Below are positions 40,358 through 49,359 of a stretch of 64,000 bases of DNA, piece by piece; the stretch's first letter is position 1, and each line of letters begins with the position of its first letter. The stretch lies in NCBI GenBank assembly GCA_963665275.2, contig CAXXIN010000007.1:64001-128000 (forward strand), read 5' to 3'. A program made the position numbers and the translations under genes. Origin of the DNA: Negativicutes bacterium. GTDB taxonomy: Bacteria; Bacillota; Negativicutes; UBA1444. Under the pieces are notes generated by a model. That model was given only the letters and a program-made list of their open reading frames with translations, searched no databases and was not told where the DNA came from.

Positions 40358-42259
40358 CTAATCTCCGAGCAGAATCTGGTGTATTTCCACCCCATAACGG
40401 CGGACAAACGCTTGTTTAGCCTGGTGATAGGCTACGCTGTCGCCTTTTTGCGTTGTCCTGTCTACATAACGGCGGGCCAGCTCGTCCGCGATCACATCCA
40501 GGAGCAGTTCCGCCAGCAAGAGCCGCGCGCCGTCCCGGAAGCGGCCTTGTCCATCTACATACAGCCGCACTGTCGGGGCTTCGGTATTGATGAGAATGAG
40601 CCGCTCCTCCGCGCTATACACCGCTCGCTCGATATCATTGTTCAGGTTGCGCAGTTCATAGCCCGAAAACAGATCAGTCGAATTATCCCTGTCCCACAGC
40701 GCCGGGGGCTTGCCGGAGGGATGCCCTCCGCCTGTCCCGACAGCGGTTTCGGCAATGACAATTTCGCAATACGCGGAATAAGGACCGGAGACCACTTGAA
40801 TCCGCCCTTTGGCCCCTATCTCTGTTCCCGTCACCTTCCATTCGAACCGTCCCTCCTCCGGTAGTTCAGCAACCGCCAGATCTTCCAGAACCGGTTCCGC
40901 CGTGATGCTCTCAGGCAGCTCATAAACAAAGGACAGCAAATCCTGGGCCAGCAATTGTGTGCGGTCCACAATCATGGCCACATGAAAGGGTTGCTGCACC
41001 TTGCGGTAGTAAAACGGAGTGCTGAAGCGCAATACAGCAGGTCGCCCCGTATCAAACGGCCCGTATTTTCCTGATCCGGGGCCGGGAGGAAGCACGATTC
41101 CCAGCTCTTCCACCGCAATCTTGTTCATCCGTTGCAAAATCTGCTCGATCAGGGTCTGGGTTCGCCTGGACGTGGTCGCATGGTCCAGATGGCTCAGCCT
41201 CAGCTGTTCACTGTGGATCGCTTCAGCGATCATGTCGCTTACCGAATTCGCGAAAGCGGCGACAAAGGGATCTTTCAGGTTTAACCCTTCCCGCTCATCG
41301 CTGATGATTGGGTGGCCGCCTGCCAGCATATCCGCCAGTCCGGGGCACTCGACCGTTCCAAACAGGAATTCTGTCCCCAACTGGTTCTCAAAACGAAAGA
41401 ACTGGCAGTCCAAAACCGCTGTGCCGGAGATAACGAGCAATCCATTGGTGCGCTCGTCTCCTTTGAGTACCAGTTCCGCACCATGCGCTCTGCTCAGGGT
41501 AAGGTGGAACTGGTATTTGCTGTTCTTAAAAACAAAGTACCCCGGCATGTCTGGACCGATCAGCATTTCAGCTTCCGGTTCAGCATAGCGGAGTACCGTC
41601 AAGGATTTCTTTTTGCGTGCCTGGTTCAGATTCGCCAGCTCAACATTGCGCCGCTGCAAAATATCACGCAGGTAAATATTGTTGGTGATCGCGATGAGCA
41701 GCGACCGAAAATAGGGAATATTCGTCTGCGGATTCTCCACAACAATGGTCACCTGTGTTCCGTTGCCGCCCGCCGGAAGAGCCAATCGTTCATAATCCGC
41801 CGCCCCGGCGGCGCGGTCGCCGTCCCAGTCGTCATACATGTACCCGCCGGATTCCGAACGAAACAGATCGATTCTGGCCAGCCTGCCCTCATGGACAGAC
41901 TCGATCCACCCATATCCCAGTCCATAAATCGCCTGTTTCATGCCGCGCCCGAAATAGCCGCGGCCGCTGGACTCGCCCCTCGCCAGAAGGCTATGGGCGC
42001 CCCCATACGACAACACCGCGCGCATGCGATCGATAGTCATGCCTTCCGCTTGATCGGTTACAGTCAGCACCGCCCCATTCTGATGACGCTCATAACTGAT
42101 CCGAATGTTGCCGCTGATTTGTGACTCTTGCCGTTCCAACCGGGAATAACTGTCATCGCTATTGGTGATCAGCTCGACCAGTGCTTTTTCGATAGACGCA
42201 AACCGCCGGGAATCGATATCAATCACCCGTTGGTCTACAGGCAACGCCAACACAGTCAT
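40358..42259 (-). CDS. GHKL-family (Hsp90/MORC-like) ATPase with uncharacterised C-terminal region
   Basis: ALVELITNSDDS (N box), VTDQAEGM (G1), GRGYFGRGMK (G2) and GTQVTI. Confidence 0.75.
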   Translation of the reverse strand: MTVLALPVDQRVIDIDSRRFASIEKALVELITNSDDSYSRLERQESQISGNIRISYERHQNGAVLTVTDQAEGMTIDRMRAVLSYGGAHSLLARGESSGRGYFGRGMKQAIYGLGYGWIESVHEGRLARIDLFRSESGGYMYDDWDGDRAAGAADYERLALPAGGNGTQVTIVVENPQTNIPYFRSLLIAITNNIYLRDILQRRNVELANLNQARKKKSLTVLRYAEPEAEMLIGPDMPGYFVFKNSKYQFHLTLSRAHGAELVLKGDERTNGLLVISGTAVLDCQFFRFENQLGTEFLFGTVECPGLADMLAGGHPIISDEREGLNLKDPFVAAFANSVSDMIAEAIHSEQLRLSHLDHATTSRRTQTLIEQILQRMNKIAVEELGIVLPPGPGSGKYGPFDTGRPAVLRFSTPFYYRKVQQPFHVAMIVDRTQLLAQDLLSFVYELPESITAEPVLEDLAVAELPEEGRFEWKVTGTEIGAKGRIQVVSGPYSAYCEIVIAETAVGTGGGHPSGKPPALWDRDNSTDLFSGYELRNLNNDIERAVYSAEERLILINTEAPTVRLYVDGQGRFRDGARLLLAELLLDVIADELARRYVDRTTQKGDSVAYHQAKQAFVRRYGVEIHQILLGD

Positions 42260-42345
42260 GGCAATCCGCCTCCCCGTTCTTTTTAGGTTGCGAGCAGTTG
42301 CTTGGCTTGAAGGGCACCTATGGCTGCGACTGAGTGTTTATATTA

Positions 42346-43590
42346 TTATTTTAGCATGGTTGCAGCCGGGTTGACCATGCGCCCCTGGAACAGGATCGAA
42401 CCGGTTGCATTGTGACGGATGAAGAAGAGGAACGGTCGGTCGGCCTTGAATTCCGGTCTGAACTGAACGGACTTCGTCCCTACGATAACGGCGGTGGCCG
42501 CTGCCGCTTCGCTGCCTGCTTCGTTCACTTCGATCACGGCTTTGTGAATCACCTTGGTGATGTACAGATCCTTGTAGCCGGAGATGCCGGAGAAATCGGC
42601 GGGCGGCAACTCGAAGGCATCCGACATACCCATGCCGGAAAGAACGTCTTGCAACTGATATTCGGCTTCAAATTTGAATTTTGGCAGGAAAACATCCAGC
42701 TCCACTTCATTTGTTTTCGCCAACCAACCATTCAGGCTATTGGCATCGAGCTTTGGTTCCAACTCCGCCAAAGTAGTGGCAGGCAGCACGACGACCATTG
42801 ACAGATCGCCGCCGACATAGGGCATCTCCAGAACCTTCAACCCGTCAATATCCGCGTAACGGAAATTGCCAAATTGATGCATCATCGGTGCCTCCACCGT
42901 TTCATCCGCCCGGATATGGAACGGGGCCGGTTTCGTCCGTTCTTCTTTGAACTTTGTTGCCCAATCTCCTTTGAAATAGATCGCATTCGTCAGTACCAAA
43001 CGAGTGTAAGTCGTTAGTGACCCTTGCGGAATCAGGTTTTTGATCTTATCGTTGGTGTTTTGTTCCACCCAGCGGTTGATCGTCCCCCGGCTCGCTTCTG
43101 TCGCTCCGGCGAAGTCAACCGTATTAAATCCGCCATTATAATATTTCTGGACCAGCGCCAGAAATTCAGGCTGAAATGCATATCCCTGCTGTCCCCACAA
43201 CGCGTTCGCGACCTCCAGCCGGTACCCTTTATTATGGGAATTGAGCGCAGCAGTCAAATCGCCAAAAGCCGCATGCAAGGCTGGTGACGGCAGATTGAAA
43301 TGCATCGTCCCTGCCATTTGCTGCGCCGTATTTCCCCTCGCGCCGGCGTAAGTCATGGCCAGTGCCGTGGAAATGCTGAACGGCGAAAAAAACATGTTTT
43401 TGTCAGCAGCCGATTCACTGATTTTTTGGTGCAGCTCCATGGCAAATTGCGAATTACCGCTCACGACTGCCTGTAGGTTCGGATTCTCGTTCGTCGCCGA
43501 GGCTGCGGCACTCCCGGAAAATCCTCCAATGGCTAGCTGCGTCAAAAGGAATACTGCGACCAAAATCCCTGCCGTCATCTTTTGTTTCAT
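42346..43590 (-). CDS. Secreted serpin (serine protease inhibitor)
   Basis: Signal peptide; NMFFSPFSI, NAIYFKGDW, LPKFK, hinge EAGSEAAAAT and FKADRPFLFFI; start at ATG 43590. Confidence 0.93.
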   Translation of the reverse strand: MKQKMTAGILVAVFLLTQLAIGGFSGSAAASATNENPNLQAVVSGNSQFAMELHQKISESAADKNMFFSPFSISTALAMTYAGARGNTAQQMAGTMHFNLPSPALHAAFGDLTAALNSHNKGYRLEVANALWGQQGYAFQPEFLALVQKYYNGGFNTVDFAGATEASRGTINRWVEQNTNDKIKNLIPQGSLTTYTRLVLTNAIYFKGDWATKFKEERTKPAPFHIRADETVEAPMMHQFGNFRYADIDGLKVLEMPYVGGDLSMVVVLPATTLAELEPKLDANSLNGWLAKTNEVELDVFLPKFKFEAEYQLQDVLSGMGMSDAFELPPADFSGISGYKDLYITKVIHKAVIEVNEAGSEAAAATAVIVGTKSVQFRPEFKADRPFLFFIRHNATGSILFQGRMVNPAATMLK

Positions 43591-43661
43591 CTCATCTGCC
43601 TCCTCAACTTTGTGTTTCTCGTGTATATCTCTATTAACGTAGAAATTCACTTTTGGTAACG

Positions 43662-44828
43662 TCAGGAAGCAGATTTATTTATGTGATAATAATACCATTT
43701 GCTGAGCAATATTTTCGCAGAAGCTGCCACAGGCACGGCAGTCAACATCCCGACCAGCCCGCCCAGATTGCCGCCAATCAAAATGGCCAGCATAATGAAC
43801 ACCGGATGCAAGCCCACACTATCGCCAATAATTTTCGGCGCCAATAAATTATTATCCACCTGTTGCACTCCGAGCATTCCCACGATCGCCCACAAAGCCA
43901 GGATCGGTTCGCCGCTCAACAGCGCCATGATGACTGCTAGCACGGTTCCGGCCAGAGGGCCTATATAGGGAATCATATTGCAAATTCCGGCGATAATCCC
44001 GATCATCAACGCATAATCGATCCCAATAATGTACAGTACGGCCGCTGATAATACGCCTACAATGGCCGCTTCCAACAATTGTCCCTTGATGTATTTTTTG
44101 AAGGTATCATCGATGATCCAGAGTATTTCATTTATTTTACTCCCAGTAGTGCTGTTGCCGAACATAAGGGTAAACAACTTGTTCCACAAGCTGGCAAAGT
44201 ACTCCGAATCCTTTATTAAATAGATGCTCAACACGGCGCCGATAAAAAAGGAGGCCGTATTGCTGCCGATGGAAATCAAAAAATTGGTCGTCCCACCGAG
44301 GACGGTATAGAAATATTCCTGCACATTGCTCACGATTTGAGCAATTTTTTCGTTTAAATTCCCTGGTATTGGAATGTTCAAACTTTGCAATTTTTCACTG
44401 ACAGCATTCACTGACAAGGTAGATTTCTTCACATAGTCCATGAGATAGTCCGTCACCGCGACAACGCTGGTGTTATTGGAAAGTTTACCACCAACCATAA
44501 CATAAATTCCAATGAGAAGAGCCAGGAAAATCGAGATCACCAATGTGTACATCATTATGATTCCAACAATTCTTCTGGAAGCCACCTGGCTAAATATGTT
44601 TCTCTTAGTCAAGAAGTTCTCGATTCCCTGCACCCCTGGCTGCAATAAATACGCGATGACCAAGGCAAACAAAAACGGAGTCACCAAATCAACCAGCGTC
44701 CCCAGGATGCTGGATACCACGGAAAATATGCCAACGATGTGGTTAATCGTGGTAATTCCTAGGTAAATCAGCAACACGGTCCCTGTGGTATATAAAGAGT
44801 ATTGCAATAACTTTTTATCTATTCTCAT
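43662..44828 (-). CDS. AI-2E family (UPF0118/PerM) transporter
   Basis: PFLFALVIAYLLQP, YIKGQLL, NMIPYIGP and PKIIGDSVGLHP. Confidence 0.88.
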   Translation of the reverse strand: MRIDKKLLQYSLYTTGTVLLIYLGITTINHIVGIFSVVSSILGTLVDLVTPFLFALVIAYLLQPGVQGIENFLTKRNIFSQVASRRIVGIIMMYTLVISIFLALLIGIYVMVGGKLSNNTSVVAVTDYLMDYVKKSTLSVNAVSEKLQSLNIPIPGNLNEKIAQIVSNVQEYFYTVLGGTTNFLISIGSNTASFFIGAVLSIYLIKDSEYFASLWNKLFTLMFGNSTTGSKINEILWIIDDTFKKYIKGQLLEAAIVGVLSAAVLYIIGIDYALMIGIIAGICNMIPYIGPLAGTVLAVIMALLSGEPILALWAIVGMLGVQQVDNNLLAPKIIGDSVGLHPVFIMLAILIGGNLGGLVGMLTAVPVAASAKILLSKWYYYHINKSAS

Positions 44829-44921
44829 CTCTTTCGTAACCTTCCTTGCTCCCTAGAATAGCCTCTTAATTTAGGCTTTTCGCCAACTTCTGCGCCCTGC
44901 GCCGCTCCCTGTTTGTTCCCC

Positions 44922-46283
44922 TCATGAACCCATCAAAAGGGATCCTACCTGTTCTATGTAGCGGGCGATGTTAAATTTCCTTTTGAGCCCCTTGTCGTTC
45001 ATATAGCGGATTTTGCCAAAAATTGGCCGTTCGCCCCAGGCGCGATCATGCACTCCGCCGATGCTCCAGGCGATCCCCGCGTAGCCGTTCGGATCGCGTC
45101 CATCCAATTCATATTTGTCATTCAGGTAAATGGCGGTTTTCATCGCAGCCGAGGGATTAGCCGACCATTCCAGAATTTTTTTCGCCCAATACATCCGCAT
45201 ATACCCGTGCATTTTGCCGGTAACCAGCAGTTGCCGCTGCGCAGCGTTCCAGATCACGTCATGGGTGCGGGCCTGCTCGAATTCCTCGCGGCTATAGACA
45301 TATTCCCGGACATCGTCCAGATGTTCCGCCAGCGTTTGCTGGGCCCAGGCATGAAAACCACCCGGGTCATCATAGCGGGAATTGTAAAAGCAGAAGTTAT
45401 CGGCCAGTTCTCGCCGGACAAAGAGTTCTTCGAGGAAGGATTCAGTGGCAGGCGTTTTTTCAACCCGGCGCAAAATGTTGATCATCACCCTCTGAGCAGA
45501 GAGCTGTCCGAAGTGCAAATAAGGGGAGAGCTGAGACTGCCTATCTTGGGTGGGGTCATTGCTTAGCGTGTCGTAAAAAGGCAGACTGTTCTCGATGAAC
45601 GAACTGAGACGACCCATGGCCGCCACACTTCCCGGTGTCAGCCAGGAAACCTCCCTGACGCTGTGATCAATCTTCAACGAGGCAAGCAATGACTCAATCT
45701 CCGGGAAAGGTTCCACGGCAATTCCCGGGTAGGGATGCGACAGGACTTCAGGGAACTCCTGCAAGAATTCGGGAAGCAGCCTGTTGAGTTTGGGACGAAG
45801 AGTGTAGGCGGCAAATTCGGCTTTCGGAGAAGCAACCCAACAGGGAACGATATTGTGGGCATCGACTTCATGGCAAGGGATATCGATAGCGGCGAGCACT
45901 TGGGCTTTCCATTCCTGCTTGATTCGCAGCGGATCAAAATCAGTGACGAGCAGCCCAGCTTGCTGCTGCGAAAGCCACCGGGGAATAGTTTCATGCGGCT
46001 GCCCCCGCAGCAGAGTGCAGGAAATATGCTTCAGTCCGAGCGCGGCAAAGGTTGCCGACAGCCCGCGCAGCATGAACCCATATTGGCGCACGGTGGCCTC
46101 CAGAAAATCCGGCACGAGGCAAAAGATGACCTGAAGCGGTTGCTTGCTTTCCAGTGCAAGTTGCTGGGCATGGTGCAGCGCCCAGTTGTCCTCGGCGCGT
46201 TGATCCCGGCTCATCCAGTAGACAACCGGCCCAACGGTGGTTGGGGAGCTGTTTTTGAGGATGCGAAAACGCTGTTTGTTCAT
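44922..46283 (-). CDS. phr: Class II CPD photolyase
   Basis: YWMSRDQRAEDNWAL, SQLSPYLHFGQ, RRELADNFC, KMHGYMRMYWAKKILEW and DGRDPNGY. Confidence 0.92.
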   Translation of the reverse strand: MNKQRFRILKNSSPTTVGPVVYWMSRDQRAEDNWALHHAQQLALESKQPLQVIFCLVPDFLEATVRQYGFMLRGLSATFAALGLKHISCTLLRGQPHETIPRWLSQQQAGLLVTDFDPLRIKQEWKAQVLAAIDIPCHEVDAHNIVPCWVASPKAEFAAYTLRPKLNRLLPEFLQEFPEVLSHPYPGIAVEPFPEIESLLASLKIDHSVREVSWLTPGSVAAMGRLSSFIENSLPFYDTLSNDPTQDRQSQLSPYLHFGQLSAQRVMINILRRVEKTPATESFLEELFVRRELADNFCFYNSRYDDPGGFHAWAQQTLAEHLDDVREYVYSREEFEQARTHDVIWNAAQRQLLVTGKMHGYMRMYWAKKILEWSANPSAAMKTAIYLNDKYELDGRDPNGYAGIAWSIGGVHDRAWGERPIFGKIRYMNDKGLKRKFNIARYIEQVGSLLMGS

Positions 46284-47128
46284 GGTCCGGTTTCAATCCG
46301 GACATTAACCGTCAACCCCGGTTGCAGCAATCCGGCGGGTGGCTTGACGAGATTAATATGAGCCAGAAAAGAGACCAGGGCATTGTCCTTCACTTCCGGG
46401 AAAATGCCTGCCACCTCCCCTTTGACAGTGACGCCGGAAACTTCGACAGACACCGGGGTGCCGGGTTGCACCCTGTAAAGTTCCTGTTGTTCCAGCGGAA
46501 CGACCGCCGCCAGAGTTTCGCCGCTGCCCAGAGACAGCAGGCGTTGGCCGGACTGCACCGCCTGATCTGCTGTTGCCGCCAGATCAGTGACCACTCCTGC
46601 AATCGGCGCAACGGTGATCACTGGGCCGGCAGGAACGCCGGGCCCAGGGTTCGAATTGGAGGACGCTGCACCCAACCGCTTTTCGGCATTTTCCAGCTCT
46701 CTGCGCGAAATAATCCCCTGCTCATACAGTTTTTGCAAACGGTTGTAGTCTCTGGCAGCCGTCTCATTGGTTGGGAGTGACGCCGCAGCGCCCGTCGTTT
46801 TCTGAACGGCCGAGGCCTCCAGCTTGAACAAAGGCTGACCGGCCTTTATCGTTTCGCCTTCTTTGACATAGACTTCACTGACTCGCCCATCAAAGCCGCT
46901 ATTGATTGGCAGGCGTGTGGCGTGCACAATGTGTCCCGCCCGCACAATCCCAGTCGTTGTATCGCCCTTATCCATTGGCACGGCAGGGGCTTCCACGGTT
47001 GGTGGTGTAACATCCGGTTCGGCCCGGAAGTCTGGTCGGACAACGATCGCCAGGAATACGCCCAGCGTAAGCACGGATAAGGCGACAGCCTTGCGATGTT
47101 GCCGGATAAAATTTCTCACAGTTTTCAT
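46280..47128 (-). CDS. Membrane-fusion/periplasmic adaptor (HlyD/RND MFP-like) protein
   Basis: N-terminal TM; GRVSEVYVKEGETIKAGQPLF, RLQKLYEQGIISRRE, APIAGVV and LQPG; start 47128 or 47143. Confidence 0.75.
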   Translation of the reverse strand: MKTVRNFIRQHRKAVALSVLTLGVFLAIVVRPDFRAEPDVTPPTVEAPAVPMDKGDTTTGIVRAGHIVHATRLPINSGFDGRVSEVYVKEGETIKAGQPLFKLEASAVQKTTGAAASLPTNETAARDYNRLQKLYEQGIISRRELENAEKRLGAASSNSNPGPGVPAGPVITVAPIAGVVTDLAATADQAVQSGQRLLSLGSGETLAAVVPLEQQELYRVQPGTPVSVEVSGVTVKGEVAGIFPEVKDNALVSFLAHINLVKPPAGLLQPGLTVNVRIETGP

Positions 47129-47302
47129 CTCCAATAATCCCACTGCGAATCACGCAGTATCAATATCATATTCTCATCTTTCATTTTTGCGGTCAAGTAT
47201 TAAGCCCCACAAGCGCTCGTGGCCGATGCAACCAAGAAATAAATTTAAATCTGCGGTATAATAAACAAATGACCATTTTATTTCACTGGAGGAAGTATCG
47301 TA

Positions 47303-47902
47303 ATGCCAATTTCTAAAGCAAGGCGGATGTTGCTGCCGACCGCGTTGATTGTATGCTCGGTCGCGCTTATGCTGAATTATCTCCCCACCCATACCACCTA
47401 CGCGGTTGCGCCAACCCAGTCGGCACAGACACAGACTAACGACATTGCTCTCGCGCAAGTGAAAGAAGCTGCAGCCAAAAAGGCAGAGAAACTGGCCGTC
47501 ACGCCATCCATCTGGCCAGTTAGTGGGCCCGTCACTTCCGGTTTTGGCGGACGCACCTCGCCATTCGGCAACGGCAGCGAGTCTCATCCCGGCGTAGATA
47601 TCGCAATCGAGACAGGCGCCCCCGTCGTTGCGACAGCTGACGGACGGGTCTTGCAGAGTGGTCCTGCCGGCGGGTACGGCAATTTGGTGCAAATCGATCA
47701 CGGCAATGGGATCGCAACTTTGTATGGGCATAATTCGCAGCTTGCCGTCAAAGTCGGCCAAACTGTGAAAAAAGGTCAGGTAATCGCATATGCCGGCAGT
47801 ACCGGCCTAAGCACCGGCCCACATGTTCATTATGAAGTCAGGGAAAATGACGCAGCCGTGGACCCGTGGAAATATCTGATTTCCAACACCCAACACGTAT
47901 AA
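47303..47902 (+). CDS. M23-family metallopeptidase
   Basis: PSIWPVSG, HPGVD, GYGNLV.IDH, TLYGHN and STGPHVHYEV. Confidence 0.92.
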   Translation: MPISKARRMLLPTALIVCSVALMLNYLPTHTTYAVAPTQSAQTQTNDIALAQVKEAAAKKAEKLAVTPSIWPVSGPVTSGFGGRTSPFGNGSESHPGVDIAIETGAPVVATADGRVLQSGPAGGYGNLVQIDHGNGIATLYGHNSQLAVKVGQTVKKGQVIAYAGSTGLSTGPHVHYEVRENDAAVDPWKYLISNTQHV

Positions 47903-47926
47903 AAACAAGTAACGTTACCGCTCATA

Positions 47927-47970
47927 TAAAGAGGCTCTTCGGACAAAAGCTGATCCGAAGAGCCTCTTTA
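47927..47970. terminator. Bidirectional terminator
   Basis: 17-bp arms TAAAGAGGCTCTTCGGA/TCCGAAGAGCCTCTTTA between convergent genes. Confidence 0.8.
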
Positions 47971-48002
47971 GTTTATCGCAGCAATTTTCGCCTATTACCG
48001 CT

Positions 48003-49106
48003 CTACATAGCCATCTTGTTAAGCTCAACTACAGCGTCTTCGCCAAATACGCGTACGATTTCGACAGTAGGATAATCATGCAGATCAACGACTATTTTTT
48101 TGCCGAAGGGGGTGCGGTTCTTATCCAACATCAAGCGAAGCACAGGCCGATTCTGCATGCCATAAAACACCTTGGTCACAACGCCGATCTGGCCGCTCGA
48201 CAATTCAACCACACTCCCGATCGAATAGATGGCAACTCGTGTGAGAAATGCCGTTAGCACTTCCACATCAAACTGTTTGCCCATTCCTTCGGCCAAGAGC
48301 ATTGCCGCCTCATGCGGAAACAGACCTCGATGATAAGGACGGTCGGAAGTTACAGCATCGTAGACATCAGCAACCGCAACAATTTTAGAATACTCGTGGA
48401 TCTCTGCGCTCACTATTTGACGGGGATAACCGGTTCCGTCCGGTTTTTCCTGGTGCTGAAACGCCATAAGGATCGACTTTCGGGAAATGATATGAGACGC
48501 AGTGTTTCGCAAAATTTCATATCCAAGTTCCGCGTGCGTCTGCATGATCTTGTATTCATCGGCGGTCAATTTTGCGGGCTTGTTCAATATATCCGTCGTA
48601 ATTTTCATTTTCCCCACATCATGGAGCAACCCGCCCAAAGCAATTTCGAGAAGCTTTGTTCGGGGGTATTTCAGCGCAACACCGATTAAGACGCAGAGAA
48701 CCGAAACATTGACCGAATGTCCAAAAGTGAATTCATTGTGTGAGCGAATATCAGTCAACTGCACCATCGCTTGAGCGTTGGTCCCTACCTCATCGACAAT
48801 TTTCTCCGCAAGGGTGACAAATTGCGCCGGGTTCCATCTACGATTCTCCCGAATAGCCAGAAACTGCTGTTGAACCGCCTGAATAAGCTTGACACGGGAA
48901 TTTTCAGAAATGATTTCAGGAGGAATGGCATCTTCGAAATAGGGGTTACGAACATATACAGAAAGTATACTGAAGTGAGCCAGCCGTTCAATATATCTCT
49001 GCGTCAGTTCAACATCTTCACCAATTAGGACGCGGCCATCTGCACTGAAAATATTCTTTGCAGTTACCATTCCCGGGCACAAGTGGGTCAGTGGAATCCG
49101 TTGCAC
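48003..49106 (-). CDS. HD-GYP domain c-di-NMP phosphodiesterase
   Basis: HSVNV, LLHDVGK, HQEKPDGTGYP and VADVYDAVTSDRPY; GTG 49106 follows AAGGTG. Confidence 0.88.
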   Translation of the reverse strand: MQRIPLTHLCPGMVTAKNIFSADGRVLIGEDVELTQRYIERLAHFSILSVYVRNPYFEDAIPPEIISENSRVKLIQAVQQQFLAIRENRRWNPAQFVTLAEKIVDEVGTNAQAMVQLTDIRSHNEFTFGHSVNVSVLCVLIGVALKYPRTKLLEIALGGLLHDVGKMKITTDILNKPAKLTADEYKIMQTHAELGYEILRNTASHIISRKSILMAFQHQEKPDGTGYPRQIVSAEIHEYSKIVAVADVYDAVTSDRPYHRGLFPHEAAMLLAEGMGKQFDVEVLTAFLTRVAIYSIGSVVELSSGQIGVVTKVFYGMQNRPVLRLMLDKNRTPFGKKIVVDLHDYPTVEIVRVFGEDAVVELNKMAM

Positions 49107-49282
49107 AGCCAAATCACCTTTCATTTCGAGCGGACGACATCCATCAAGGGATTTTCCGATATCTATATATTCCCCTCCGGGCTAAATATTCCTTCCGTAT
49201 AATTTAAATAAAAAAAGTATTTGACGTTAATCTTACAAGGCGCCGTAGACACGCAGAATGATTCAAATATTCCACCGCCGGT

Positions 49283-49314
49283 ACTACAATCCACGCGCCC
49301 GCACAGGGCGCGAG
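49283..49314 (-). repeat. Solitary degenerate CRISPR repeat (26/32 identical to array repeat)
   Basis: Plus strand ACTACAATCCACGCGCCCGCACAGGGCGCGAG vs GTTTCAATCCACGCGCCCGCATGGGGCGCGAC; 7-bp stem intact. Confidence 0.85.
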
Positions 49315-49359
49315 GTATAACCATGTTTAGAAATCCGCGATAGATATGTAAGTCACACT

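Noticed and set aside
49107-49282. c-di-GMP riboswitch upstream of either HD-GYP gene
   Set aside because: No GEMM-type consensus recognised by eye; an Rfam scan would settle it
49251-49282. In-window targets for the segment following the solitary repeat (TTC-ACCGG matches near 29513, 51925, 58777; shared ATTCAAATATT at 54397)
   Set aside because: The PAM-adjacent matches are only 5-6 nt, and the 11-nt match has no PAM or seed; both are compatible with chance
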